Positions 1 through 13,068 of a stretch of DNA of 30,915 bases are shown here, one piece after another (within the stretch, counting starts at the first letter, position 1; every line of letters begins with the position of its first letter). The stretch is from Hydrurus foetidus. Lineage: Eukaryota. The translations under genes were made by a program, and so were the position numbers. The notes below the pieces were generated by a model. That model saw only the letters and a list, made by a program, of their open reading frames with translations, was not told the DNA's origin and searched no databases. The DNA is taken from positions 62,001 through 92,915 of the forward strand of contig UYFQ01000574.1 of NCBI GenBank assembly GCA_900617105.1. Direction: 5' to 3'.

Positions 1-2195
1 GGATGTGTTGATAGTTTTGTTCCGCGGTTCGCTGCGAAGTTAAAATACGATCATGGCGTTTATGCAGCGACTTCTATCAATGATGAAAAAACGGTGAAAT
101 TTCTTGCATGGGCTGAAAGTGAAGGTATCTGATTCAATAGTCTATCATCAAGCAGAAGAGAAATCAATTGAAAAGACAAACATCTGTGCTTTTTACTATG
201 AGAGTGTGTGGCACAGTTTTGATGCGTAATCTCGGCTTTTCATAGGGATTAAAGCGCCTAAGTGCAGTGTATCCAAATTTCCTGGGGGACTTCGAGGTGC
301 ACAATTAAATGCAGAAACATAACTCTAGACTCCAATTTGATGTAAATTAAATGTATATCTTCTCAATTTCTGGTTATTGCTGCAGGCATAGGAGCAGTCG
401 ACGACATTCCGGACAATTTTTTCTCCGTGTCTGTCCCCGCAGAATTGGTTCTTGAGACAAATAATAACAGACCACCGTCACCTTTCCTGACTTTCTGCTC
501 TGAAGAATTCTGGTCTCAGCAATGTAAATGGGACCATCGCTTGGCCTTGAAATTACTGTACGAAGTGAAAGGATTCGCTGCCAAATCTACGAGGAAACCA
601 TGGCTTGATAAATTGCCGAAATCTTTCAGTACTCCATGGCACTGGTCTAAGAACGAAATTTCCAAAACGCAATATACAGCATTGGAGACTAAAGTAGAAA
701 AACAGAAAGTCGACTGGCGCGTCTTTTATGATAAGTGGTTTTCTCATATCTCTAAGTCACCTGAGATTTTGCAAGTTACTTTCGAAGACTTTGTCTGGTC
801 AATGGAATGTGTCAACTCTCGCGCATTCTCAGGCATCTACGAAGGATCCTCTGCACAAGAGAGAAGAGGCCTCTACCTGTTCACTGGAGCGCTTACTCTC
901 ATATGGCCTCTCGCTGGATTGGGAACAGCAGAACAGTCCTTGGGTGCGGCAGTATTGGTAGCCATTTCAATTATCAGCAAGGATTTTTTTTTCTCGAGAG
1001 CAGCAGGACTTAAAAGATATGTCATTTGCCCATACATAGACATGTTCAACCACAAGTCAACTTGCACATCGGATGTATCTTACGGCTATTTCTCCGACAC
1101 TTTTGAGTTGACCACCCAAGGGTACAAAGCTGGAGAACAGGTTCGATCATTATCCATATAAAAGCGAATGAGTTGAAGTGTTGCACTATGATTGTTTTCC
1201 TACTGTCCCACTAACTCTGAATTCATTTGATATCATCTAAGATGTACATCAGCTACGGCAAGCAGTCCAACGATCGGCTTTTGCAGTACTACGGTTTCAC
1301 GGATTCAGACAATCCAAATGACCTCTACGATTTTGGGATGCCTTTTTTAGAACTCATTTTAAAACGTGCGGATGCAGTTAACGAAGCTGTATCTTTCCCC
1401 ACTGAACCCTCTCCGCCTGAAAGGTTACAGCAAATAGCTGGTGCAATGCAGAACACTGTTCTGGAGAGTTCAAAGGACTCCCTCCTGCAGAAGAATACTC
1501 TAACTCTCTCGAGTGGGGATGAGAAGACTACTCGATACTTCAAGACAGTGACATCCCCCACCGGTACTTTACTGTGCTGGAGAGATATTTCACACTTTAC
1601 TATAGATCAATTATGATGAGTTTGTCTGATCACGAATACTGCATTCCCTCCTATCACTCTCGCAGGCTTAGCTTCTCATTTTGACGACATAACTGTGCGT
1701 AGTATGAGGGCACTGTACTGCTCTACCACTGAGTGGAACGATCTAGTGAAGCTGTCTGGAGGATCAAGCAGTCTCAAGTCCCTCAACAATGCCGGCGCAA
1801 AACTATCTGCTGAAACAGAAATGACGGTTAATAAAGCTCTCCAATCACTGATTCGAATCGAATTGGCGGAGAAGGTGACCACTTTAGAGGAAGACAACTC
1901 AGAACTATCCGAGCTGGAGAGCTCTAGAATGTCTGCAGCATCTGCTAAGAGAGGCAAATATGATACCACGAAGGAGAGAAAGGAAAAAGACGCTACGAAG
2001 AAAGGGTTCGGAAGTAAGACAGATAGCGAGACAGATACTGTCAAAGTAGATACAGCAATTAGAAGCGATAGAAGAGAGGCGTCAATTGAAGTAGATCCCT
2101 CTGGCATCTACAGTGACGGAGACTTCGCAGCTCTGACCTTCAGAATTCAGAAAAAGAAGATTCTCATTGATGCATTGCAGGAGACTCTTAGTTGA
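1..2195 (+). CDS. SET-domain protein-lysine methyltransferase, Rubisco LSMT-like, 5'-truncated by the window. Exons about <1-124, 246-296, 386-1140, 1242-1563, 1666-2195
   Basis: Manual GT..AG splicing gives one continuous frame: KFLAWAESE-GIKAPK...GGLRGIGAVDDI...WSMECVNSRAF...CPYIDMFNH...GEQ|MYISYGKQSNDRLLQYYGF. These are LSMT/SETD3-class SET motifs, followed by a helical C-terminal region ending FRIQKKKIL. The N-terminal VDSFVP resembles the heterokont ASAFAP plastid-targeting cleavage motif. Confidence 0.9.
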
Positions 2196-2672
2196 CAGTG
2201 AAATAGTCCGATTAATGCATTTATTCCTCATGGCCCTTTTTATAACAATGTTGATCATTAAGTTTATTTCTATTGTCCACCGTACAAGAGGCAGAGAAAA
2301 AGCCAAGCAAGTTGGAAACCTCACGAGAACCTCAAGCTTTCTAAAATATAGGTGCCCTTTTTTTACGCAGAAAAATAGAGGGCCATTGAGATCAGCTCTT
2401 GAATGATGTCCAGAAAGAAGGGCTATCTGCAGACTGTTTTCTTTGAATCCAAAACACACGGGTTGAAGTCAATGACGCAGACTAGAAATTCTTCATACCT
2501 CATGTGAGCCAAAATAAAGAACCTGGAGTCAATTCCGTTGGCTGTCGATTCGGTAGACTGTATGTGGCAGCTCTCCGCAGTTGGAACATGTAATCTGCCA
2601 CCACCTGAGACCTGTGACACCATTGCATTATCTCAGACAATTTTCCTGTGATTGTCTTGAAACCCGGCTGTT

Positions 2673-5123
2673 ATGTTGTTGAAAATTCTTCTGCTTGCTC
2701 AGCAGGCCTTAGTCGTAACTTCTTTTAACTGGAGATCTGTGTCGTATGGATTCATAACAGCTTCGCCTCATCGGATGCGTCAAATACAAGTCTTGAGCAC
2801 AAAAGCGGATGATTCTGAATTCTTTTCTTTGGGAGACGTCAATACAAAGTCGAAAATTGATCGTGATACATTCCTTTTCGGCGAGAAAGTGTCCTTTGCA
2901 TCTTGCGGTGTCGGAGCAGAACTTACAGCTGCCTTGGAGGCAACTGGGAAGTTCAATCCAACATCGATCCAGGTGAAAACATTCAGTGCTATCGCAGAAG
3001 GAAGAGACGTCATAATCGGAGCTGAAACTGGATCAGGCAAAACTCTGTCATATTTGCTGCCGCTCATCCAGGGTCTACTGGATGAAGAAACGAAAAATGA
3101 TGATGACGATGATGAGTTATCCTTATCTATGGGGTCATATCCTTCCGCCATAATCATGGTACCGAATAAGGAGCTTTGTAGTCAGGTTTATCGTATGGCA
3201 AACGAGTTGATAAGCCACATTCCTCAGAAGGACAAAGTCAGCATAGGTGCGTATCAACACCTACAGATACTCATTAATGACGGACGTTGATCAGCTGCAT
3301 TTACCTCAAGCAGCGGAATTTCATTATCATTTCACAGGGCTCTTCACTCAGGTTTTGGATAGATGGCCTTACTCGCGATCCCAAATTTCCCCCAAAATCG
3401 CCGTTTGTACTCCAGCATTTTTGGCGAACTTCATAAGAGGCCCAAATATACTGGAAGAGAACCTCTTTAGAAGCCTAAGACAATTAGTATTAGATGAGGT
3501 GAGGAAATGTTTGCAATAGTTCTTTCTTAGAGTCTTGAATTTTTCGGAGATATTACGAACACTCCGCCCTCTCTGATGGATGAGCAGCTTTTGCTGCACC
3601 CCATCTACTGATAGTGTTTAGAAAAGCTGCAGATCAACACACACATGGAGGCAATCATACTGCTGTCACATAGCATTCTCCACTTCACAATAGTCCTCAT
3701 AATCACTAAAACTGCTATCTACAGGCTGACATGCTTCTTGAGGGATCGTATCTCGGAGATGTTGAAAAGGTTGTGGAGTCTTTCCGCCTCATACGCAGAG
3801 AGATGATAAGAGAGGGACAAATCGATGTGAGTTGGAGGGGTCGTGTGACTATTGATGCAACGCAGCTATCATTTGATTACTCTTCAAGTGGATCTGATTA
3901 TTAATGTGTGTCTACAGCTAGCGTGATATTACAGATTGGCTGCACACGGAACAGCTAATATTAGATCTACACTGAAGCCATAAATCTTTATTTTACTCGT
4001 CAGATCAACGACCGCGTTCTTCAGAACATTTTAGTGGCCGCCACGTTGCCCTCCTATGGATTGAGATCAATTGAGAAGTACATTGAAAAAAGATTTCCCC
4101 TGGTAAAGCGTCGAGAAGTCTGAGCCCGACATTATTTCATTTCAACTTTTCGCGTGACCACTGACTTATGGAATGACGATGATAAATAATTGAGATGCGA
4201 TACCATGCTGTGACTAATTTTCTGCTTTCATCTCAACAGGCGACTAGGATCAGCAACGATCACCTGCACAAGCACCATCCTAGAATAGAGCAATCGTTCA
4301 TCAAGGTGAGATAAGAGTTCTGTGTCGTCCATGCTGATACTCCTGCATGGTGTTTGACTGCAATGATCCTTCGAGAATCTTTCACTTCCTTCTTAATACA
4401 CACTGAATTCCATTAATTTTTTGCACTCAGACTAGGGGAGATCTTTTGTCGAGAAAGAGAATAGACTTAGTTGTAAGAGCTATTAGAGGAGAAGATATCT
4501 CAGTAGAGAGCGATAGTGTTGAGGAGGAAGAGGAAGAAGATGAGGGTAACGGAGATTTCAATGCAAGTGATTTCATGGGCTCCCCAGAGCCTGATAGTGA
4601 CAGCGATGCCTCTCCAGTAGTCCTTGTCAATGATGAAGATATCGTGCAGACGATGATATTCGTGAATACAGCTGACACGGCAAGCAGACTTGCCATTGAG
4701 TTAGGGAAAGCCGGTGTGCGTAGTGCGGAGTATCACAAGTTCGTGTCTGATGCTGACAAGCAAGAGAGCTTGAGACTGTTTAGAGAGGAGGAGGTGTCGG
4801 TGTTGGTGTGCACGGACCACGCCTCAAGAGGACTAGATTTGCCCAATGTGCGCCACGTCATACAAGCTGAATTCGCAGGCAATGTAGTGCAGTATCTTCA
4901 TCGCATCGGCAGAGCCTCAAGAGCTGGCGTTCTAGGCAAAGCCACAAACATATACGATGACAAATCTGCTGATCTGGTTACCAGCATATTATCTGATAGT
5001 GAGGAGAAAAAGATCGATCAGTCCTTCAGCAGAAGAAGAGGATTCAGGCAGAAAATCAAGAAGGATTTTAGGCGCACAACAGGCTGGACTCCCCCTGAGA
5101 GACCGAACAACTCTCAATACTGA
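2673..5123 (+). CDS. DEAD-box RNA helicase, probably plastid RH22-like. Exons about 2673-3246, 3338-3498, 3725-3826, 4004-4102, 4240-4305, 4431-5123
   Basis: Q motif (FNPTSIQ), motif I AETGSGKT, Ia PNKEL, Ib CTP, motif II LVLDE|ADML split by an intron, motif III variant AAT, V ASRGLD and VI HRIGRASRAG are present. All five introns are GT..AG and keep the frame. The N-terminus has a signal peptide followed by VTSF. Confidence 0.93.
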
Positions 5124-5824
5124 TATTGGTACCTGTCCTCCACTTATTATCTATGTTTTATGTTTATAGTGTTCATTTACGACCAATGTGTGATGCTGCA
5201 CATTCAATTATGATTCGGTAGGAGTACTGTTTTGCGCGCTGATATAAATTATCTGCTACTCCGAATTACTTCCATTGCTCTTTTTTGATTCGACCGCAAC
5301 TCCGGCAAATCCAGCGCATTCTAGTTCATCGTTACGTCAGTAATCTCTAACGCACCAGTTCATGACCGCAACAGCAGTACCGTAACGTGAAAGTAGATTA
5401 TTGCAGTACCATTCTTAGATACTTGCATAACCATGCCCACGATTTGGGCCCTTTCCAACACTAAGGAATCTGTCACAATGAACCCATGGATCACAAGTTG
5501 TGGCTTCGAATGGTATGAGGATGGCTCTGGATAGGATATCCAGGACTTCCTGACATACGGTTGAACGACGCTACAAATTGACTTCTAACTACTGCTTACC
5601 GTGATGCTGATGTTGCAGACAACATAATATGTCCTTCCATGCGCATTTTAAAAAAAATTCAAAAGCTTCTCCTTTTTTTGTACATTTTTCCAAAAGTAGG
5701 TATTTGAATTTGGGTGTATCCCAGATATTTCGGAATCTGGGTAAAAAAAACGATGGACAATCGTTGGGTTGGTGGATCCAAGGACCCTTTGGTGGATCAT
5801 TTCACATCAAAGTGGAATCGAATA

Positions 5825-6568
5825 CCGTCGCCGACCCTTTGTTTGCGGGGACTTGAGTGTACACTTTGGACATAGGTACTCTTTTCTGTCCAGGAGTCAC
5901 TATACACCACTTTTGGAGAATTTTTACTCATAGAATCACTGCAAACTCAATTCAGCGCCTCTTCCAGAGCTGAATGGTGCAAAATGTAGCTAGTGATGCA
6001 CTTAGTCAAGTCCAGAAGGGCCCATTTCGAAAGTGCACAAATGCAGCCGTTAGAGGCTTCACAAAAACCTCTCAATTTGGAGACATGGTACGTAGAGAGT
6101 TGAATAACTTTGACACCACTGCGTTGACTGGTCATCTGCGAGTTGATTACGCTAGCAAATTTAGCAAACAATCGCAAACTCGATTGTCCTAGCCGCCAAC
6201 ATGAACGGTTGATTTGAAAATTCATTTATACTCCGCTTACCTAATTTATCAGTCAGAACCCCAAATCAAGTTCCCGGACGTCAACCAAGAGGCTCTTCTG
6301 CGTTTGGAAGTAGGTTAAGAGTCTTGATAAGCTAGCAGTAGACTTTGGTCTCAGCAATCTGCTTGGTATGTTGGCTAGAAGTGTCATTTGCAGTGACCTA
6401 TGATTTATATCGTAGGCTACCATATTCACCAAATTTCGGTCATCAATAGCTCAATTTCAATTTACTGACAAATCTCACGCAGGTAGCAAACGAGGGGAAT
6501 CGCTGGGCAATTCTCAGCTGGAGGTTTCGGTGTGAATGCGGAGTATCATCGTCATCATATGTGTGCGT
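5825..6568 (+). repeat. Left inverted arm of the foldback element (744 bp)
   Basis: Reverse complement of 7109-7841, apart from an 18-nt versus 7-nt substitution at 5849-5866 / 7811-7817. Confidence 0.95.
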
Positions 6569-7108
6569 TACCTCACACTTCATTGCATTCATGCGCTGAA
6601 ATAAATCTTCCTTTTGAGATGTTCTAACAGTAGTCTAACAGTGTATCAAACATTATTTGCTTTGATGTATTTAGGACCGGTTTTAAAAGGAACTCAATTC
6701 TTTTTGGTTTAAATTAAGAAGAGTCGTGTCACTTGATATGGACATTTAATAGGTCGTGTCACTTTGAATCTCACTTAAAATTTACCTCGGAATTTCAGAT
6801 TACCAATTGCTGCCGATTGCTCTGCAGCTCATTCATCAATAGAATCTTTAGAACAGAATGTGTCTTGGTCGTTGCGTCTGTATATCAATCGAAAGATAAT
6901 CAATTCGCTCTATCGCTGTGATCGCATGTACAGGCAGTGCTTCAGACTCACGGATGAAAAACGTTTTTTTAATTCACCGCGAGAGAGTAAATGATTCTAT
7001 CGACAGCTAAAAAAGCGTGTTTAGATTCCCGATGTGCTTAAAACTTACAGCATTCAAGATTGAGAAGACGACTCAGATGATGGTAACTCATCGATAACAT
7101 ACTGTATT

Positions 7109-7841
7109 ACGCACACATATGATGACGATGATACTCCGCATTCACACCGAAACCTCCAGCTGAGAATTGCCCAGCGATTCCCCTCGTTTGCTACCTGCGT
7201 GAGATTTGTCAGTAAATTGAAATTGAGCTATTGATGACCGAAATTTGGTGAATATGGTAGCCTACGATATAAATCATAGGTCACTGCAAATGACACTTCT
7301 AGCCAACATACCAAGCAGATTGCTGAGACCAAAGTCTACTGCTAGCTTATCAAGACTCTTAACCTACTTCCAAACGCAGAAGAGCCTCTTGGTTGACGTC
7401 CGGGAACTTGATTTGGGGTTCTGACTGATAAATTAGGTAAGCGGAGTATAAATGAATTTTCAAATCAACCGTTCATGTTGGCGGCTAGGACAATCGAGTT
7501 TGCGATTGTTTGCTAAATTTGCTAGCGTAATCAACTCGCAGATGACCAGTCAACGCAGTGGTGTCAAAGTTATTCAACTCTCTACGTACCATGTCTCCAA
7601 ATTGAGAGGTTTTTGTGAAGCCTCTAACGGCTGCATTTGTGCACTTTCGAAATGGGCCCTTCTGGACTTGACTAAGTGCATCACTAGCTACATTTTGCAC
7701 CATTCAGCTCTGGAAGAGGCGCTGAATTGAGTTTGCAGTGATTCTATGAGTAAAAATTCTCCAAAAGTGGTGTATAGTGACTCCTGGACAGAAAAGAGTA
7801 CCTATGTCCAGAGAATTCCGCAAACAAAGGGTCGGCGACGG
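7109..7841 (-). repeat. Right inverted arm of the foldback element (733 bp)
   Basis: Reverse complement of 5825-6568. Confidence 0.95.
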
Positions 7842-8169
7842 TATGAGAAACCAGAAAGAGATCGATCTCTTGATCTGCTGTCCAAACTTCGAACACCAGA
7901 TGGCAATACAGTTCTAAATGGATCCCTTGTGCATGATAATGTACTTTGGACGAGTGCGACACATTTAAGGTGCGCTACTGGTTTCGATTTCCCACCGGTG
8001 TAGAGCGGACGGGGAATAAATCTGTTGGATGAGGAGTCAGGATATAAGTCATGACCACTAAAAGATAGAGATACTTGGTGCATATGGATTGAAGTTGCCG
8101 CGACGCAACGCATAGAAGAAAATCTTGTTTTCCTACACGGCTTCGAAACCAGAAGAGGATATCTAAATT

Positions 8170-10394
8170 ATGGAAAAATATTTCGACGTTCAGCCTGTCT
8201 CATTACTTCCGCGCTGGATGACCCGCAGCATCCTCTACATACTGTCGCTACTTTTGCTGTGGATTTTCGTCCGTCTTCTCTTCTCTGCATTGTCCAGTTT
8301 ATTGAAAGGTGGCAAGCTCTACTGACTCTTTCGTAACCAACAAATCGGCATCGTTATTCAGCACGATTGCTTCGAGAAAGTTCTAAGTCATTCTGTATGC
8401 TTGTCCTGAATGCGGCTACATTGTACATACATTATAAGCGATTCATAGGTTTAGCAGCACCATTCATGAGTCTTGTTGTTGTCTTGACATTTTGGTGACA
8501 GTTCCTCTTCACGAGCGTCCAAATTATCTTCAGATTCTCACACTTCGCCACCACTAATCCTATAATTTGCGTTTGTATGAAGGATTTGTTCCCACAGAGG
8601 AAACCAAGCGACCTGTAGACCCCTTCATAAATGGAGTCCACTACGCTGTGTCTTACTGGACTGAGAAAGGAGGCCGACCGTACCAGGAAGATAGACATCA
8701 GGAACTGAAGGGTAGAGGTTCCGACGACAGCTCTATGTATGGGGTATTTGACGGTACGGTTACACCTTTTTAAAATGCATTGGACCGAAACCTAATGCAC
8801 TTAAATCACTATTTCCCTACGACAAGCTGCTCATGGTGGCAAATGATGGCCATGGGTCATTTTCATTCACTTGTTGACCTACTGAATGAGAACCTTTTCA
8901 GCTACAACCAAAATCATTCATCCACTCCGATTGATTACAGGTCATGGCGGATGTCGAGCAGCACAATATTGCAAAGAAAACCTATTGAATTACACCTTAC
9001 AAGATTCCGAGTTCCTAGTGAATCCTGCTGAAGCGATGAAGAACTCTTTTATCAGGTGTCTTACTCGTAAATCATCAACATCAATTGTTCACTATGTGAT
9101 TCCATCCTATCATTTAATGGCGTTATTTTTGTTCTGGTTAGGACGGATGCGGAGTTTTCATCGATAGCTCGACAGCGGGTAATGTCCGATGGAACCACTG
9201 CAGTCACAGCTCTCATCCACAACAAGAGGATATACGTTGCTAATGCTGGCGACTCCAGGGCAATTGTAGTGCAGCAGGGGGGTCAGGCGAAATATCTTTC
9301 CATCGATCACAAACCCAACAGGTAGGCAGTTGTTTAGATAGCGCTCATTTTATTTGATACTAGTGATCAGTAACGTGTTAACATTGCTGTCAAAGAACGT
9401 ATGCATTCAGTACAAGCTGTGTAGTACTAGAGAAAGAACTTTCAAGCACCGCATCAACTTTAACTGTTTTCATTCACATCGTAGAGAGGATGAGGAGAAG
9501 CGCATTAGGAGTCTAGGTGGTGAAGTGGTGCACTGGGGACGGTGGCGAGTACAAGGGGTCTTAGCCGTTTCAAGGTACTCCGAACCCATTTCTTTATCCT
9601 CTTTAACCATCCTTTTCGCACAACCTCTGCTCACAAGTATCAAGTGTTATCCAATCATTACTGAAATAAGTCATCGCCATTTCTCCAAACAACCCTCCCT
9701 TGTCATTCATGCACTTCTCAACCCATGACCCCTCAATCTTTGACCCTTTAGGGCTATCGGTGATGTCACTCTTCAGCCATACGTCACTTGCCACCCAGAG
9801 ATCCTCGAGAGAGAGATAGGCAACGAAGATGAATACCTCGTGCTTGCCTCTGATGGCCTCTGGGTACGATTAGAGTATACTATTTATTGATTCATTCTAT
9901 GATATGAGGCGTCTTCGACTCCAATTAAAATATCGTGTCTGCCATGACGAAATTACCGTTACTCACGAGAAATTCCATATTTGATCATATAGGACGTCAT
10001 GCATAACGAGGATGTTGCACGTCTGGTGCTTCAAGCAGCTGGTCGGTGTTTCCTCACCTCTGCAAGGGAGCTGTGTGCGGAAGCCATGATCCTCGGGAGC
10101 ACAGACAACGTCACCGCACTAGTCATAGATCTCAGGTACTGTACTCTGCAGTATGTACGTGCGCTACACTCCGCACGCACATGTCTGGTGTCGTCAAATG
10201 ATTTGTCAACCATGCATATCTGAAAGTATGCACTCATCAAGGCACTAAGTCTACAAAGTGTTGTGTGTCGTACTTATCGCTGATGAATGTTTCCCAACTT
10301 GTTCTCCTATTTTCAATTACTCTTTCTGATCCATAACACTCTCTCCTCTCTGTCGCCACTTCACCTTAGGAATAGATGTAAGAAGCCGACATGA
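8170..10394 (+). CDS. PP2C/PPM protein phosphatase with an N-terminal hydrophobic anchor. Exons about 8170-8308 (uncertain), 8598-8753, 8941-9055, 9142-9321, 9485-9574, 9752-9863, 9993-10135, 10370-10394
   Basis: The spliced product contains [65 protein letters not shown] and GSTDNVT, the full PP2C motif set. The first exon (MEKYF...[18 protein letters not shown]) and its splice junction are less certain. Confidence 0.9.
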
Positions 10395-11285
10395 TCAAGC
10401 TGTCGCGTGTAAGCAACAGGCTATTCATTCCACCCCATATCTCGGTTTCGACCTCTCACCGACACAAATACATTCGGGACATAATTGCTCCTACCATTTC
10501 GTTTATCTTGAGAAAGAACCAGTGACGCATTCGGTATAGATGATGTAGATGCATAACACATTTGACTCGTGAATATATGTCGTTTATAATGCTCCGGAAG
10601 TTAGTAAACGGAAATACGGAATTACGTTACGGGTCCTACGACATCGTCACTAGGAGAACCCTCCCTCCCCTCTGAGTGAGAAGTACTCACGATGTGACAA
10701 CAACTATCTAGCCTTACAGACGGCCTGCGAGAAGATGTTCCGGCGGATATACCGATTAGGCATAGAGTGTCCCTTGGCTCTCATGCGCTTTATTTGAAAA
10801 TATTTTGGAGTACGGATGAACAACAATGACGGAGCATGTTGTATCATCCCGAAACGAAGTCGACAGTCAGGGCTGTCGTAACAGCCTTGTATTTCCAATC
10901 AAGCACACAGCTAATTCTTTGTACTTGTCTATTGTAACTTCGGGCATTACTTATTGCGACGCTGTAATAAATCATTGGCCTTTCGTTTGCTAGTGCAGAT
11001 ACTTTGAGTGTACTGCCGTACCATCATATCTCGAGGACAGTTTAATTGACGATTCGTATTTGTTTTCCGGTCAGGATAGAATCCAAACTGTTCTAAATGC
11101 CGCACTCAATGCACAAGCCAGATGTGATACCACATGCACTCCACCACTTCATGCACCTGAGGCAGTATGAAATAGTGTTCAAATCGAGTAGGTAGCCCAC
11201 CCCGTGAGCGAAGAGGGATAGGATAGACCGGTCCAATTGGCCCTCAATCCTCATGAGCTAGGAGCCTCCATATCGCAACAATGAT

Positions 11286-12866
11286 CTATTTAATTCCAAT
11301 ATCTGCTGTCAAGTCGTCATATATACTAACTGATTCTCTAGTAGGCCTGGCTATGATGACATCTGATTCTGCTTCCTCAGAAGTCTCATTTGCGACGGAC
11401 AGCTTCTCCAGTCTTTTCTCGTGATCTGATGACAACAGTTTCCCCAAAACGGGAGCAACAGCGCTAAGAACCGCTTTAGTTGTCAGCGCCCCCGCTTGAC
11501 TCAGAAGGATTTTAACAGGTGGGAAAGATAGAGCACTAGATAAGTCTGCTTGCAGAGGCAAATTAATGTCAACCCACACCTTCACAACGGCTGCGACAGG
11601 CAAAAACTCTTCGTCAGTTACGTTTGTCCCAGAGGTTGATTCAATGAAATCCGGAGATCTGGATGGTACATTCGACACGGGCTCCATGATAGTATTACTA
11701 TACCTATCCTCTACGATATTTGCTACAGCTGAATTCGGAGAAAATTCATCTTTCTGTGGTGACGTACTTTCTACCTCGTTACTGGCTGTCTCTTTTCTCG
11801 TAAAAAAAGAGCTGCGGAGACCGTTTGCTCTTGCAAAGAGGTTATTAATTCCTGACAAACGTCCTCTCCCTAGTGATCCCTGATTATTCCACTGCAGCTC
11901 AATGCGAAACCGAGCCTGAATGGAAGATTTTAGCACCTCGTCTTTCTCAACAGACGCATCAATCCCACTTTCTGATCCCTCTCCTTCTCTTCCACCACTA
12001 AAACTATTCGTTTCACTAACTGGAGGTCTGGCAGAAGATGTTTGTCCACCCCACAATAGCCATTCAGGAAGCGCATCAGAAAATCCCGCGGGGAAATTTG
12101 GTGCTGAGGTGTTCGCTTCGGAATCGATGATCACTTTCTTGGGGCTGACTGTGGGAATGAAATATATTGGGCCTGATTCCATAACGACTATCCCCTTTTC
12201 AGCATCGGGCTTTACTGAAACCTCTGTTCTTAAAGTAGCTGCCAAAAGAATACCAGAACTTCCACCTGCACCAAGCGTTGATGCACTAGTTATATCGCCA
12301 AGAGGCAGCGATAATATGAAGGTATCGGGAGAGGTTGACGAGCGTTCTACCAAGTTTGAGTCGAGCACGGAGTAGGATTCAACTGGAAGTGTCAGATATT
12401 TGAGGGCTGCCGCTGGGTCCCTTAGTGAAATCGAATACTTGTGACGGGAGCTGAACGATAGAGAAAGAGGGATACTTGACTTGACATCTGCAACAGATCT
12501 TGCACCGTCATTTCTTCGTTCCGCGCTTGGAGTCATTTTGCTAACCATCTCAGCTGCTTTTGTAAGTAAGAATTGAATCTGTGTAGACCTTTTTGATTGC
12601 TTTTCATGTTCCTGAGGACTCATGAGGACACGACTGCGATCAACTCGCACTCGGGTGATTTGACTCTTACCTACTATCACTGTCCCAGCCATTTGGTTCC
12701 CCACTCCACAATAAGCAGAGCATCGTTTGATCGATGAAATTAATGCAGTAGAGCCTGGAATCTTCAAAAGCAGGAGAATGATTACCACCAGAAATCTTGT
12801 GTGAATTCGAAGTGTGATTCCCAGGCTCCATAAGTCACATCGTGAAGCCGGCATAGCCGCAGTCAT
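11286..12866 (-). CDS. Intronless 526-aa protein, DUF1997-like, probably plastid-targeted, with long low-complexity insertions
   Basis: Long ORF with a hydrophobic signal (FLVVIILLLL). YLTLPVESYSVLDSNLVER and the C-terminal FPPVKILLSQAGALTTKAVLSAVAPVLGKLLSSDH resemble, from recall, the two ends of plant/algal DUF1997 proteins. Not verified by a search. Confidence 0.65.
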   Translation of the reverse strand: MTAAMPASRCDLWSLGITLRIHTRFLVVIILLLLKIPGSTALISSIKRCSAYCGVGNQMAGTVIVGKSQITRVRVDRSRVLMSPQEHEKQSKRSTQIQFLLTKAAEMVSKMTPSAERRNDGARSVADVKSSIPLSLSFSSRHKYSISLRDPAAALKYLTLPVESYSVLDSNLVERSSTSPDTFILSLPLGDITSASTLGAGGSSGILLAATLRTEVSVKPDAEKGIVVMESGPIYFIPTVSPKKVIIDSEANTSAPNFPAGFSDALPEWLLWGGQTSSARPPVSETNSFSGGREGEGSESGIDASVEKDEVLKSSIQARFRIELQWNNQGSLGRGRLSGINNLFARANGLRSSFFTRKETASNEVESTSPQKDEFSPNSAVANIVEDRYSNTIMEPVSNVPSRSPDFIESTSGTNVTDEEFLPVAAVVKVWVDINLPLQADLSSALSFPPVKILLSQAGALTTKAVLSAVAPVLGKLLSSDHEKRLEKLSVANETSEEAESDVIIARPTRESVSIYDDLTADIGIK

Positions 12867-13068
12867 GCCACAGCTGCTCTGAAAAAAAGATTACTTGACA
12901 GTATCGTGTACTGTCGATGAAAGTAGAGCGCTGAGTGCAGAGTGCATCATGGCAAGCAGTGGGCAACCTAAAAAAGCAGCAGATCTGACGACTGAATCTC
13001 ATCAAACCAGTGGGGTCAATCGGTAATCTCGTAATCCCAAAATTTTGTACCAAAAATCCGTTTGATAT

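Larger units (their letters stand above)
5825..7841. mobile_element. Foldback-type non-autonomous DNA transposon (2017 bp) with ~740-bp inverted arms and flanking TA (Tc1/mariner-type TSD)
   Basis: Ends read TA|CCGTCGCCGACCCTTTGTTTGCGG ... CCGCAAACAAAGGGTCGGCGACGG|TA. Arms 5825-6568 and 7109-7841 are reverse complements, and identical mirror ORFs appear in the ORF track. The 540-bp spacer has no transposase ORF. Confidence 0.75.

Noticed and set aside
5947..7730. Duplicated 92-aa and 72-aa ORFs as genes
   Set aside because: They are mirror images produced by the inverted arms and have no recognisable motifs.
8502..8597. In-frame TAA at 8555 upstream of the PP2C domain as readthrough, alternative genetic code or pseudogene
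   Set aside because: It is better explained as intron sequence, with a CTAAT branch-like site and a CCCACAG acceptor at 8597. The other genes use standard stops.
553..12375. Numerous short antisense or overlapping ORFs (e.g. 1676-2107, 2780-3157, 11566-11883, 11920-12375)
   Set aside because: These are shadow ORFs of real coding exons with no independent support.
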